Below, in pieces: positions 1 to 9,536 of a stretch of DNA of 64,000 nucleotides. This stretch comes from a virus (lineage: Duplodnaviria > Heunggongvirae > Uroviricota > Caudoviricetes): the IMG/VR virus record IMGVR_UViG_3300031952_000006, one strand, 5' to 3'. The notes below the pieces were generated by a model, which saw only the letters and a list, made by a program, of their open reading frames with translations, was not told the DNA's origin and did not search any database. Made by a program: the position numbers and the translations under genes. The first letter of the stretch is position 1, and each line of letters starts with the position of its first letter.

Positions 1-249
1 GAAGCAATGATGTGTGGACTTGTTACAGTAAGCTACAAATCCCATGATGTTGGTATGTTTATACGTAACGGAATTAATGGTTTTTATTCTGAAGACCCTA
101 AAGAATTGGCTGAATTTATAATATTTCTTTCAGAGGATAGCAGTGCGTTCAAAAAAATTGCTAAAGAAAGTTATAAAACGGCAATAGACATATTCAATAA
201 CGACCGATACTTGCATGATTGGCAAGAAACAATTTTCAGAATTATCTGA
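1..249 (+). CDS. 3' fragment of a glycosyltransferase (GT-B/GT4-like C-terminal half); gene begins upstream of the window
   Basis: Reading frame is open from nt 1. The C-terminal pattern resembles retaining GT-B glycosyltransferases. It sits at the head of the sugar-modification cluster. Confidence 0.4.
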   Translation, partial: EAMMCGLVTVSYKSHDVGMFIRNGINGFYSEDPKELAEFIIFLSEDSSAFKKIAKESYKTAIDIFNNDRYLHDWQETIFRII

Positions 250-282
250 TAAAAATAGATATTGGATAAGAAGGAGATAAAA

Positions 283-1005
283 GTGTCACACAACAATTCT
301 GAACACTATTCTAAAAAAAGCATAGATGCTTTGTCTGGAGCAAAATTTGATTTCTATGTAAAAACATTATATAATACATACAAATCAATAGCAGGAGCTA
401 TGCAAAAAAAGAATCCGACAGCGATAGGAGATGATACATATGTACTAGCAACCAATTCTGAAGAAATGCTTTATATTGCGCGTTATATTTATCAAACACA
501 TCAATTGGCTGTTCCTGGAGATATCATGGAGTGCGGTTGCTTCCAAGGATATTCTTCATGCTGCCTAAGTTGGGCTGTATCTTATTTTTCTAAGAAACTT
601 GTCATAGCTGATTCTTTTGAAGGACTACCTGATGTAGGTCATAAGGTATATAAGCCGCATGAATATAAGGGTGATTTTGATATTGTTAAGAATAATATAA
701 ATACATACGGAGTTCTGCAAAACGTTGAATTTATAAAAGGCTGGTATGAAGACTCTCTCAAAGGGTTTTCTAAAAAATTATCCATACTATGGATGGATGT
801 GGATCTCAAAGAATCAACTATGGATGTATTAAATAATGTGTATGCTTGCCTTGATGAAAGAGGTGTTATATTATCGCATGAGTATAAAGATAATTTAGAA
901 ACATCAGAAGTATACGAAGCTATCCAAAAATTCTTTTTTGATAAAAAGATAAAAATAAAAATAGAGAAACTGCATAACCATTTAGGTGTTATCTATACAG
1001 TGTAG
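283..1005 (+). CDS. TylF/MycF-family SAM-dependent sugar O-methyltransferase
   Basis: VPGDIMECGCFQGYSS and ILWMDVDLKEST match the macrocin-O-methyltransferase family signature. The ORF-track start at 262 is TTG. The GTG at 283 has an AAGGAG SD about 7 nt upstream. Confidence 0.65.
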   Translation: MSHNNSEHYSKKSIDALSGAKFDFYVKTLYNTYKSIAGAMQKKNPTAIGDDTYVLATNSEEMLYIARYIYQTHQLAVPGDIMECGCFQGYSSCCLSWAVSYFSKKLVIADSFEGLPDVGHKVYKPHEYKGDFDIVKNNINTYGVLQNVEFIKGWYEDSLKGFSKKLSILWMDVDLKESTMDVLNNVYACLDERGVILSHEYKDNLETSEVYEAIQKFFFDKKIKIKIEKLHNHLGVIYTV

Positions 1006-1043
1006 TCACCTCAAAATAAAAATCCAATTGGAGGGCATGATTA

Positions 1044-1802
1044 ATGGCAAACGAAAGGTCCTTGGTATTTAAAAATAGAGAACATGGTAGATACTGGTGG
1101 TTTAAGGCAGAGGGAGCAACATATGTTCCTCCAGTGTACTCATTCTTATCTGACGCTGAATGGAAAGTTATGGATGAATGGTATACAGAAACTGATGAAA
1201 AGAATCTTGCGGCAGAATGTAATGTATCTCTTATGTGTGTTCTTCAGGGATTTATTATGGGAAGTATAGTAAAACGTGTGGTGCAGTTTGGAACATCTCA
1301 GGGATACTCTGCGTTGTTAATAGGATTTATGCTACGAAAAATGGGATTAAAAAATTCTTTTGTTACTGTGGACAACAATAAACAAGCAAATGAATTTACG
1401 AATAGATATGTAGAAAAAGCCGGGTTAGCGGAATATATAAAAGTTGTAACAGCAGATTCTGCTGATCCTCGTTTACTAGAATATTGTAAACACCATATGA
1501 ACGGAAATCCTCAAATTATTGTAATCGATTCGTCGCATCAATATAAACATACGTTGCAGGAGCTTGAACTATGGTATCCCTATTTGTCAGCAAATGGTCT
1601 TATTTTTCTGCATGATACCAGTAAAAAAGCTATTGATTATGATTCTACACAAGCAGGGGGTGTGCAGAAAGCTCTTAACGAATGGTCTGAAAAAAATAAT
1701 ATAAATTATATAAATATAAATAAGCTAGCAGAAGTTCATACTAAAGCTTCTGAGTTGACATATCTCGATGGATGTGGATTGGGAATAATTCAAAAAATTT
1801 AA
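1044..1802 (+). CDS. class I SAM-dependent methyltransferase (CmcI/Methyltransf_24-like)
   Basis: GGAGGG SD. Glycine-rich VVQFGTSQGYSALLIG, acidic VDNNK after beta2, IVIDSSHQY...FLHDT. Confidence 0.5.
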   Translation: MANERSLVFKNREHGRYWWFKAEGATYVPPVYSFLSDAEWKVMDEWYTETDEKNLAAECNVSLMCVLQGFIMGSIVKRVVQFGTSQGYSALLIGFMLRKMGLKNSFVTVDNNKQANEFTNRYVEKAGLAEYIKVVTADSADPRLLEYCKHHMNGNPQIIVIDSSHQYKHTLQELELWYPYLSANGLIFLHDTSKKAIDYDSTQAGGVQKALNEWSEKNNINYININKLAEVHTKASELTYLDGCGLGIIQKI

Positions 1803-1815
1803 GGAGATTTCTTTT

Positions 1816-2514
1816 ATGATCAACAATATAACTTTAGCTACTCCTTATTACAATGCGGCAGATGTACTTCCATTACAATTGGAATATTGGAATGCATACA
1901 CTGACAATATAAAAAAGAATCTTAAGATTGTTCTTGTGGATGATTGTTCTAATGATGCACAAAAACTCTCAAACGTATTCAAAAAAATACCTGATTTGGA
2001 TATAGAAATATATGAAGTTCTTGAAGACATACCATGGAATGATGGCGGTGCTGGAAATTTAAGTGTATTTGTAACTAAAACAGACTGGGTTTTAAGAACA
2101 GATATAGACTACCTCGTACCAACTGATACTATGGAATACATTTTAAATACTGAATTTGATCCCACAAAATATTATACGTTTGATGCTATGTATCATCACA
2201 ATAAGCAAAAAATAGGTATTCATCCAAGTACACTTCTTATAACTAAAAAATTATTTATTGATTCGGGGGCGTACGATGAAGATTTTACGGGAAATCATGG
2301 ATATACTGACAATTTCCTCAGATTAAGATTAGATAACATAGCAAAAAATAACCATCTGAATAATGTTTATATCGAAGGAATATTGAATGGGTCAACTCAC
2401 AAATTAATACGAAATGATACAATTAATTACGATCTTCTTATAAAAAAAATAAATAATGGATTACCTATACCGACATCCCATTTAAGATTCAAATGGAAAA
2501 AGGTAGATTTATGA
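1816..2514 (+). CDS. family-2 glycosyltransferase
   Basis: N-terminal TPYYNA...LKIVLVDDCSND (GT2 DXD region). AAGGAGA SD. Confidence 0.7.
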   Translation: MINNITLATPYYNAADVLPLQLEYWNAYTDNIKKNLKIVLVDDCSNDAQKLSNVFKKIPDLDIEIYEVLEDIPWNDGGAGNLSVFVTKTDWVLRTDIDYLVPTDTMEYILNTEFDPTKYYTFDAMYHHNKQKIGIHPSTLLITKKLFIDSGAYDEDFTGNHGYTDNFLRLRLDNIAKNNHLNNVYIEGILNGSTHKLIRNDTINYDLLIKKINNGLPIPTSHLRFKWKKVDL

Positions 2515-3038
2515 AACTTCATATAGCTTGCGGAGAAAGATATTATACAGGGTGGGTTAATATAGATATTGGTCAATACAAAGTCGATTTGCACCATGAT
2601 GTAACAAAACCATTTCCTTTTGAAAAGGATAGCGTCGATGTTGCGTACTGTGAACACTTTATCGAACACCTTACCGTTGAAGAATGTAAAAATATGTTGA
2701 ATAACTGCTATGCTGTTTTGAAGCACGGAGGTGTTTTTAGAATAGCAACATTTGATTTGGATGAAGTTATCCAAAAGTATGTTACTGATTGGAAGGATCA
2801 GTGCTGGATTCCAAGCCACGCATTTATAAAGAATAAAGCTGAAATGCTCAATATAGCTTTTACTTGGTGGGGGCATCACTGGCTTTACAATGAAGAAGAA
2901 CTTATTCGTCGTATAAATGATTCAAATTTTAAAAGCAACATTCGAAAAGCTACATTGGGAATGAGCGAAAATAAAGATTTATGTAATGTGGAAACACGAT
3001 TGAATTCAACACTAATAATAGAAGCAATAAAAAATTAA
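2511..3038 (+). CDS. SAM-dependent methyltransferase (Methyltransf_11/23-like)
   Basis: LHIACGERYYTGWVNID (motif-I-like) and VDVAYCEHFIEHL. The ORF-track start 2493 overlaps the upstream gene. ATG 2511 overlaps its stop (ATGA coupling). Confidence 0.5.
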   Translation: MKLHIACGERYYTGWVNIDIGQYKVDLHHDVTKPFPFEKDSVDVAYCEHFIEHLTVEECKNMLNNCYAVLKHGGVFRIATFDLDEVIQKYVTDWKDQCWIPSHAFIKNKAEMLNIAFTWWGHHWLYNEEELIRRINDSNFKSNIRKATLGMSENKDLCNVETRLNSTLIIEAIKN

Positions 3039-3042
3039 AAAT

Positions 3043-3672
3043 ATGTCCAATAAAATATATGTATACGGTTGTGGCGGATTTGGTCAAGAAGTCACTGCAC
3101 TTGCTGAAAGAGTTGGATATACTGTAGTTGCATTTATCGATGATGCATACAAATTTAAAACATACGAAGGAAAACCTGTTTTAGATATAAATTCAATAAA
3201 AAATACGAGTAATATAACCATTGGTATAGGAAATCCAAAAGTAAGATTTAATTTATATAGCAAATTGACAAATCTTGGATTTGAACACTTTCCAAATCTC
3301 ATAGATCAAACAGCCGTTATTATGAAAAATTCAATTGTTGAAATGGGCTCTATTGTGTGCGCTGGAGTAGTAATTACAACTAGTGTCTATATAGAAAAAT
3401 TTTCCATAGTTAACATAAATGCAACTATCGGCCACAGAACAGTTGTAGGATGTTTTAGCAATATAGCACCCTTAGCAGCATTAAGCGGCGATTGTCACAT
3501 AGGAAAACAATGTTTTTTAGGAACAGGATCAAGCATACGAGAAAAAATAAAAATAGGTAACAATATTATAGTAGGAGCTGGTTCTGTGGTAGTAAATAAC
3601 CTTATATATGATAACTCCATATATGTTGGTAATCCAGCTAGATTTAAAAAAAAATTAGGAGCAACAAAATGA
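3043..3672 (+). CDS. NeuD/PglD-family sugar N/O-acyltransferase (left-handed beta-helix)
   Basis: N-terminal Rossmann-like KIYVYGCGGFGQEV plus C-terminal hexapeptide repeats (IGHRTVVG, IAPLAALSG, IGKQCFLGTGSSI, IGNNIIVGAGSVV). Confidence 0.75.
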   Translation: MSNKIYVYGCGGFGQEVTALAERVGYTVVAFIDDAYKFKTYEGKPVLDINSIKNTSNITIGIGNPKVRFNLYSKLTNLGFEHFPNLIDQTAVIMKNSIVEMGSIVCAGVVITTSVYIEKFSIVNINATIGHRTVVGCFSNIAPLAALSGDCHIGKQCFLGTGSSIREKIKIGNNIIVGAGSVVVNNLIYDNSIYVGNPARFKKKLGATK

Positions 3673-4742
3673 TACCTTTTTACAAACCAAGTATAGATAT
3701 AGATATGGTTGAAGAACGCGTAGTAGACGCTCTTAGAACAGGTCAAGTTACCAATTGGGGACTTTATACAAAAGATCTTGAGTCAGAAATAGGAGAATAT
3801 CTTGGAAAGCCTGTTGTGCTTACTGCGTGCGGAACCCACGCACTAACTTTTGGATTGCTTGCCCTTGCTCATTATGGCTTGATTCCAAAGAATGCAAGGG
3901 TGCTTGTACCATCATTTACATTTTATGCGAGTGTCCATGCAATCATCTGGGCAAATATGATTCCAGTATTCTGTGACATACATCAAGATACATATACTAT
4001 GGATATTGACTCAGCTGTTGGACAGTTTGATGCTGTAATGCCTGTCAATGTTTTTGGTGTTCACTATGATATTGATTATATTAAGAAAAAAACTAATAAA
4101 CCAATAATAGGTGATAATAGTCATGGATTCGGAGGCTCTTTTTCTAGTAAGAGAAATGGAACATTAGAAGATGTATCTTGCTTTAGCTCAAGTATTACAA
4201 AACCGATGCAAACAATTGAAGGCGGTATTCTTGCTGCCAATGCTAATATAGTTGAATTTGTACGAGATTTTAGAAACTGGGGGAGTCCCCACGGTCAGTA
4301 TGATTGTAAGTACGCCGGGCAGTGGTCAAAGATAACAGAAATAAACGCAATAGTTGGTTTGAGTAGTATGATGCATCTGTCAACCTCAGTTGATAGAAAA
4401 AATGAAATTGCCGATATGTATAAAGAGAAATTAAACTCATATGTTGAATTTCAAGTAATCCCTGAAAATATAAAAACAACATACAAAGATTTTTCTATTT
4501 TGTTCACAGAAAATTCAATACGGGATAAAGTGAGTAGTATTCTTGATGAAAATAAAATAGGAAATAAAAAATATTTTTATCCTCCCGTACATAAAATGCA
4601 GTGCTTTGGCAATACCTACTTATCTGAAAAACTTCCTATTACAAATAATATCTCAGACAGAATACTTTGTTTACCAATGTATGATTCTATTACCGAAGAA
4701 GACATTGATCATATTTGCAAAACAATTATCTCTGCGCTCTAA
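3669..4742 (+). CDS. DegT/DnrJ/EryC1/StrS-family PLP-dependent sugar aminotransferase
   Basis: IPFYKPSI...ALRTGQVTNWG...LTACGTHAL, and SFSSSITKPMQTIEGG (Schiff-base Lys context). Start overlaps the previous stop. Confidence 0.8.
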   Translation: MIPFYKPSIDIDMVEERVVDALRTGQVTNWGLYTKDLESEIGEYLGKPVVLTACGTHALTFGLLALAHYGLIPKNARVLVPSFTFYASVHAIIWANMIPVFCDIHQDTYTMDIDSAVGQFDAVMPVNVFGVHYDIDYIKKKTNKPIIGDNSHGFGGSFSSKRNGTLEDVSCFSSSITKPMQTIEGGILAANANIVEFVRDFRNWGSPHGQYDCKYAGQWSKITEINAIVGLSSMMHLSTSVDRKNEIADMYKEKLNSYVEFQVIPENIKTTYKDFSILFTENSIRDKVSSILDENKIGNKKYFYPPVHKMQCFGNTYLSEKLPITNNISDRILCLPMYDSITEEDIDHICKTIISAL

Positions 4743-4766
4743 TAAATTATATACGAGTAAAAATAT

Positions 4767-6521
4767 ATGTGTGGAATAGCAGGAATATTATACAAAAAGT
4801 CTGGAATGCTTAATACGCAGCAAGTATTGACTCAGTTTCAGAAAGTACTAAAACACCGTGGGCCAGATGATGAAGGAATTCATATTGATTCAACCTTTGG
4901 TTGCGCCCATGTACGTTTATCTATTGTTGATATTTCTGGCGGAAAGCAACCAATGTACACAGATGACTCCAAAAAAATAGGTATTGTGTACAATGGAGAA
5001 ATATATAATTATAAAGAATTAAGAGATACTCTTATACAAAAAGGATGTCGGTTCAAAACTACTTCTGATACCGAAGTAGTTTTACGGTTATACGAAACTT
5101 TTGGAAAAGATTCATTTGAAATGCTTAATGGCATGTTCGCTTTTTGTATTTGGGATAATCATGCTGATGCTATATATCTTGTAAGAGATCATATGGGGAT
5201 AAAACCACTCTATATATATGAAGATAATAATGTACTTATATTTTCTTCAGAAATTAAAGCTATTCTCAGCGTTCCAAACATTGATCTTTCTCTAGATGTT
5301 TATGGATTTCAAGATTACTTAATGTTTCGGTATATGCATGCTCCCTGTACGTTGTTTAAGAACATCTATCGTTTGACTGCGGGAACTTATATAGAATTCA
5401 AAGATATGCGTGCAGCAGCTCATGTATATTGGGATGTAGTATACAATCCTGATGAAACAACAACTATAGAGAATTTCAAAGAAGAAATACTATATACACT
5501 TGATACAATTATACAATCTCAACTTATGGGTGAAGTTCCTATTGGAATGCTTCTGAGCGGCGGTGTAGATTCAAGTATTATATCATACTTCATTCATAAA
5601 AACAATTCCAACCTCAAAACTTTTAATATTGGGTACCCTGAAGTAAATGAATTTGAATTTTCCCGTGAAGTTGCTAACCAACTCAGATTAGATCATATTG
5701 AAGTCGTAACAACACCTGATTCGTTCGTTAAGGATTTCCACAAAATAGCTATGAATCTTGATGAGCCTCTAGCTGATCCCGCGAGCTTTCCCTTATTTGT
5801 TTTGTGTGAAGAATTAAAAAAACATGTTACTGTTGTTCTATCTGGTGAAGGGGGAGACGAACTATTTGCAGGATATCCACAATATGGTAGAACCATGAAA
5901 ACCCAGGGAGAGGACAAATGGAAATTTGCATTATTCTTATCAAATAGCCATTACTATCTTAATTCTCATAAATTTATGCTAGATACGTCTCATGTAATGC
6001 AAGCACAAGAAAAATATAAAGAATACTTTGATAGAAACGGTGTGTTGAATGGAATGATGGCCTACGATCTTAAAACGTGGGTTCCTGAAGATTTGATGAT
6101 GAAGACTGATAAAATTATGATGGCGCATTCCCTAGAAGGCAGATTTCCTTTTCTAGATAAACGAATAATAGAGTTAGCTCATAGAATACCTGAAAAGTAC
6201 AAATTTAATGGTGTAACAACAAAATGGATTTTAAAAGAAGCCATTAAAGGAAAAATTCCAGAAAAGATAATTAATCGTCCAAAAATGGGATTTACTGTGC
6301 CAGTTGCAACAATGCTTGAACGAATGAAGCCGATAATATTAGAAACGTACTATGTGGCTAAATCAACTGAGCTAAGAAATGTTTTGAATATAGAAGAACT
6401 GCTTAATAATGCAGTAAGATACTATTCAAAGGATGCAACTATTTCTTCAACAAATGTGTGGACTCATTTTATATTGTTATACTGGTTCACGCGAGTATTT
6501 CCTGAATTTAAGAGGTTATAA
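4767..6521 (+). CDS. asparagine-synthetase-like glutamine amidotransferase (PseA/WbpS-type sugar amidotransferase candidate)
   Basis: MCGIAGI gives an N-terminal nucleophile Cys2. PP-loop LLSGGVDSS. 584 aa. Confidence 0.8.
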   Translation: MCGIAGILYKKSGMLNTQQVLTQFQKVLKHRGPDDEGIHIDSTFGCAHVRLSIVDISGGKQPMYTDDSKKIGIVYNGEIYNYKELRDTLIQKGCRFKTTSDTEVVLRLYETFGKDSFEMLNGMFAFCIWDNHADAIYLVRDHMGIKPLYIYEDNNVLIFSSEIKAILSVPNIDLSLDVYGFQDYLMFRYMHAPCTLFKNIYRLTAGTYIEFKDMRAAAHVYWDVVYNPDETTTIENFKEEILYTLDTIIQSQLMGEVPIGMLLSGGVDSSIISYFIHKNNSNLKTFNIGYPEVNEFEFSREVANQLRLDHIEVVTTPDSFVKDFHKIAMNLDEPLADPASFPLFVLCEELKKHVTVVLSGEGGDELFAGYPQYGRTMKTQGEDKWKFALFLSNSHYYLNSHKFMLDTSHVMQAQEKYKEYFDRNGVLNGMMAYDLKTWVPEDLMMKTDKIMMAHSLEGRFPFLDKRIIELAHRIPEKYKFNGVTTKWILKEAIKGKIPEKIINRPKMGFTVPVATMLERMKPIILETYYVAKSTELRNVLNIEELLNNAVRYYSKDATISSTNVWTHFILLYWFTRVFPEFKRL

Positions 6522-7258
6522 TGAATACACAAAATATATTATTTACCGGAGGATCTGGACTTCTTGGTAAAGAAATGAAAAAAGTAATACCAGATGCACT
6601 ATTTCCATCCTCAAAAGATTTTGATGTCACTGATGTTGACGGAATGAATACTACACTTGCAGTAATAAATCAAGTTGGAGACCCTATAAAAACAATGGTT
6701 CATGCAGCAGCATTCGTATCCCCTCCAAAAATTGAACAAGATCCTATGAAAGCATTAGCAGTTAATATTATTGGAACATCTAATATTGTTACGGTATGCC
6801 AGCAGTACAATATTCGCCTTGTTTATATATCTACTGATTATGTTTTTAGCGGGGAAAAGGGAAACTATGGTGAAGAAGATCCCATATATCCAGTAAATAA
6901 ATATGCTTGGAGTAAGCTTGGTGGGGAGTGTGCAGTTAGATTATATGATAAGCACGTCATAATCAGACTTTCTTTTGGACCTACTGAATTTCCCTATGAA
7001 GGAGCGTTCGTTGATCAATTGACTTCTCGAGAGCCTGTAAATGAAATAGCTCAGAAAATAGCAAAAATAGCAAAAAGCGATTTTCTCGGAATAATGCATA
7101 TTGGTTCTAAAGGAAGAACCGTGTATGATTATGCGAAATATGTCAGTCCAGAAAAACCAATAAAAGAAATATCTATAAAAGATATGAAAACAAAAGTTCC
7201 AAGAGATACTTCTCTCAATACCAATAAATTTGATACATTCATAGCAGGAGGTTGGTAA
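6521..7258 (+). CDS. RmlD-like NAD(P)-dependent sugar reductase (short form)
   Basis: ILFTGGSGLLG and YISTDYVFSG. Start overlaps the previous stop (TAATG). Confidence 0.6.
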   Translation: MNTQNILFTGGSGLLGKEMKKVIPDALFPSSKDFDVTDVDGMNTTLAVINQVGDPIKTMVHAAAFVSPPKIEQDPMKALAVNIIGTSNIVTVCQQYNIRLVYISTDYVFSGEKGNYGEEDPIYPVNKYAWSKLGGECAVRLYDKHVIIRLSFGPTEFPYEGAFVDQLTSREPVNEIAQKIAKIAKSDFLGIMHIGSKGRTVYDYAKYVSPEKPIKEISIKDMKTKVPRDTSLNTNKFDTFIAGGW

Positions 7259-7437
7259 TGATTGACGATTACTACTGTGAACATTGTAAAAAGATATTTG
7301 AATACAAAAAACCCTATGGTGAGGAAAAATTTCCAAATCACCCACAGTGTCCTGTGTGTAATACAAGAAAAACACGCAGAAAAATATCATTCAACGCTAT
7401 TATTCCAGATGATTTTAAATCTGTAAATAGTAGATAA
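7252..7437 (+). CDS. small zinc-ribbon protein
   Basis: CEHCKK...CPVCN. AGGAGG SD. Confidence 0.35.
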   Translation: MVMIDDYYCEHCKKIFEYKKPYGEEKFPNHPQCPVCNTRKTRRKISFNAIIPDDFKSVNSR

Positions 7438-7458
7438 AAACAAAACAAGGAGTATTTT

Positions 7459-8442
7459 ATGAAACTCATGGTTTTTGGCGGCGCAGGATACGTTGGAAGT
7501 GCCTTGGTTCCTGTATTATTGGATCACGGGTATGATGTAACTGTTATTGATCTACTGTGGTTTGGAAATCGCCTTCCAAAAGAAGTCAATGTTATCCAAA
7601 AAGATTTATTTTCTTGTACCGAGAAAGACTTAGAAGGATTTGATCAATGCATTTTCCTCGGAGGTTTATCAAATGATCCGATGAGTGAATTTGACCCAGT
7701 TAGAAGTTTTATTTACAATGCCTCGCTTCCGTCATATCTCGCATACATATCCCGACAAGCAGGAGTTAAGAGATTTATTTATGCATCGTCTTGTTCCGTG
7801 TACGGCTATACGGTTGATAAATTGTTCGATGAGACATCGAAAATTTCCTGCTTTTATCCGTATGGAATCGGAAAGCTTCAAGGAGAGAAAGGAGTCATGC
7901 ATCTTCAGGAGGATGACTTTTCAGTAATTTGCCTCAGAAAAGGAACCGTCTCAGGTTACAGCCCCCGACTTCGCTTAGATCTCATCGTAAATACCATGGT
8001 TCTCAATGCACTTACCAAAGGAGTGGTTACAATTAGTAATCCAGCTATCTGGAGGCCAGTTTTGTCGATGCAAGACTGTGTCTCAGCCTATCTCAGGAGC
8101 ATCCAAGCAAACTATTCCGTTTCTGGAGTTTTTAACATCGCTTTTGATAATTTTACTGTGGGGGAAGTTGGCTACACTGTAAAAGATGTTATTGAAAAGA
8201 GATATCCAGACAGACACATAAAACTTGATGTTAAGAATGTTCAAGATGTAAGAAATTACAAAGTAACCATCGAAAAAGCACGAACAACTCTGGGGTTTCA
8301 TCCAAGATACTCTGTTGCTGACATTGTTACTGAGTTGCTAGACAAGTGGGATACAATTCTTCCGCTAATCGACAAAGACGAATCCTATAACATTCGTATA
8401 TGCAAGAAACTTTTCTCTGATAAAGAAATTCGGATAGCGTAG
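7459..8442 (+). CDS. NAD-dependent sugar epimerase/dehydratase (extended SDR)
   Basis: VFGGAGYVGS, YASSCSVYG, YGIGK (YxxxK). AAGGAG SD. Confidence 0.75.
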   Translation: MKLMVFGGAGYVGSALVPVLLDHGYDVTVIDLLWFGNRLPKEVNVIQKDLFSCTEKDLEGFDQCIFLGGLSNDPMSEFDPVRSFIYNASLPSYLAYISRQAGVKRFIYASSCSVYGYTVDKLFDETSKISCFYPYGIGKLQGEKGVMHLQEDDFSVICLRKGTVSGYSPRLRLDLIVNTMVLNALTKGVVTISNPAIWRPVLSMQDCVSAYLRSIQANYSVSGVFNIAFDNFTVGEVGYTVKDVIEKRYPDRHIKLDVKNVQDVRNYKVTIEKARTTLGFHPRYSVADIVTELLDKWDTILPLIDKDESYNIRICKKLFSDKEIRIA

Positions 8443-8452
8443 GTATATTGAA

Positions 8453-9442
8453 ATGCTCACTAAAACAGTAAGTAACCCTGAAATTGCAGAGCGTCTGAAG
8501 AAAGATCCCTTTATCACTCTGTGGAAAAATAATTATGCAGAAAATCAAGCAAAGGGATACTTGTCTACCGAGAAGTCCCGTCCGCTACTGTTTATAAAAA
8601 ATACCAGACCGTATGCAAATTTACCAGTAGTCATTGTTGCTGCTGGACCTTCCTTGGATAAGAACATTCATCTCTTAAAAGAATATCAAAATAATTGCAT
8701 CATTCTTTGTGCGGATGTCATCCTCTTTAAATTACTACAGAACGAGATCAAACCGGATTTCGTTGTTAATATTGATCCGCATGAGTCTCTCAAAAAATTC
8801 TGGAATAATATTGATACTACAGAATTCACTCTGGCCTGTCCGACAACAACCAACCCTCGAACACTGGAAGCATGGAAAGGGCATGTCTATTTTTTCAATC
8901 AATCTGATCTTGATAAATCTCCAAAAGGAGAGGCGCTTAAGAAACTTATAAAACCAACAGAAGGGTGGGGTGTCCTTTCCAACAAATTCTTTGTTGGTGC
9001 GACAATGTTTCAGTTTTCTACCTATCTCAGTCCATCAGCTGTAATCTTAATTGGGCACGATTTTTGCTACACCGACGATAAGGCCTTCTGTGATGGTTTC
9101 CTTGATATAAAAATTCATCATGACGAGCATCCCATTGGATCAGAAGAACATAGATATATGATCGAAAAACTTAAAGCAGAAGAGATACATAGAGATGTCT
9201 CAATTAATCTTTCACCAACGGAGACCGTATGGACTTCTCAAACGCTACATCTTTATAAGAACACATTAGTAGGATTAATCAATACAGCTAAGTTGAAAGT
9301 TATTAATGCAACTGAAGGCGGAATTCTGACAGAAATAGAAAAAATGTCATTTAAAGATAGCCTCGAAAAATTCTGTCAAAATCCTATTACTAAGTTCGAT
9401 ACGTTCTCTATGCAAAAAAGAAAACACAAAAAGAGACGATAA
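8453..9442 (+). CDS. MptE/DUF115-like protein (core shared with Maf-type motility-accessory-factor glycan transferases)
   Basis: NLPVVIVAAGPSLDKN...CIILCADV pattern of the 6-hydroxymethylpterin-diphosphokinase-MptE-like/Maf core. Last gene of the sugar cluster. Confidence 0.5.
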   Translation: MLTKTVSNPEIAERLKKDPFITLWKNNYAENQAKGYLSTEKSRPLLFIKNTRPYANLPVVIVAAGPSLDKNIHLLKEYQNNCIILCADVILFKLLQNEIKPDFVVNIDPHESLKKFWNNIDTTEFTLACPTTTNPRTLEAWKGHVYFFNQSDLDKSPKGEALKKLIKPTEGWGVLSNKFFVGATMFQFSTYLSPSAVILIGHDFCYTDDKAFCDGFLDIKIHHDEHPIGSEEHRYMIEKLKAEEIHRDVSINLSPTETVWTSQTLHLYKNTLVGLINTAKLKVINATEGGILTEIEKMSFKDSLEKFCQNPITKFDTFSMQKRKHKKRR

Positions 9443-9536
9443 TCAACCTTAAAAATAGCACCTATCAAGTTATTTTTGATGTTAGCGACCTACCAAGTGT
9501 TCTTTAATCTGAAATTATTGCTATGAGAAAATATTA

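Noticed and set aside
1084-1269. 61-aa ORF overlapping the methyltransferase gene in another frame. The same applies to the many 60-150-aa minus-strand ORFs inside the large + strand genes (for example 2427..2879, 6941..7390, 11306..11647, 17334..17666, 50218..50649, 53845..54312, 46692..47078).
   Set aside because: They are fully embedded in well-supported genes and have low-complexity, AT-driven composition. They are antisense or frame-shadow ORFs typical of AT-rich DNA.
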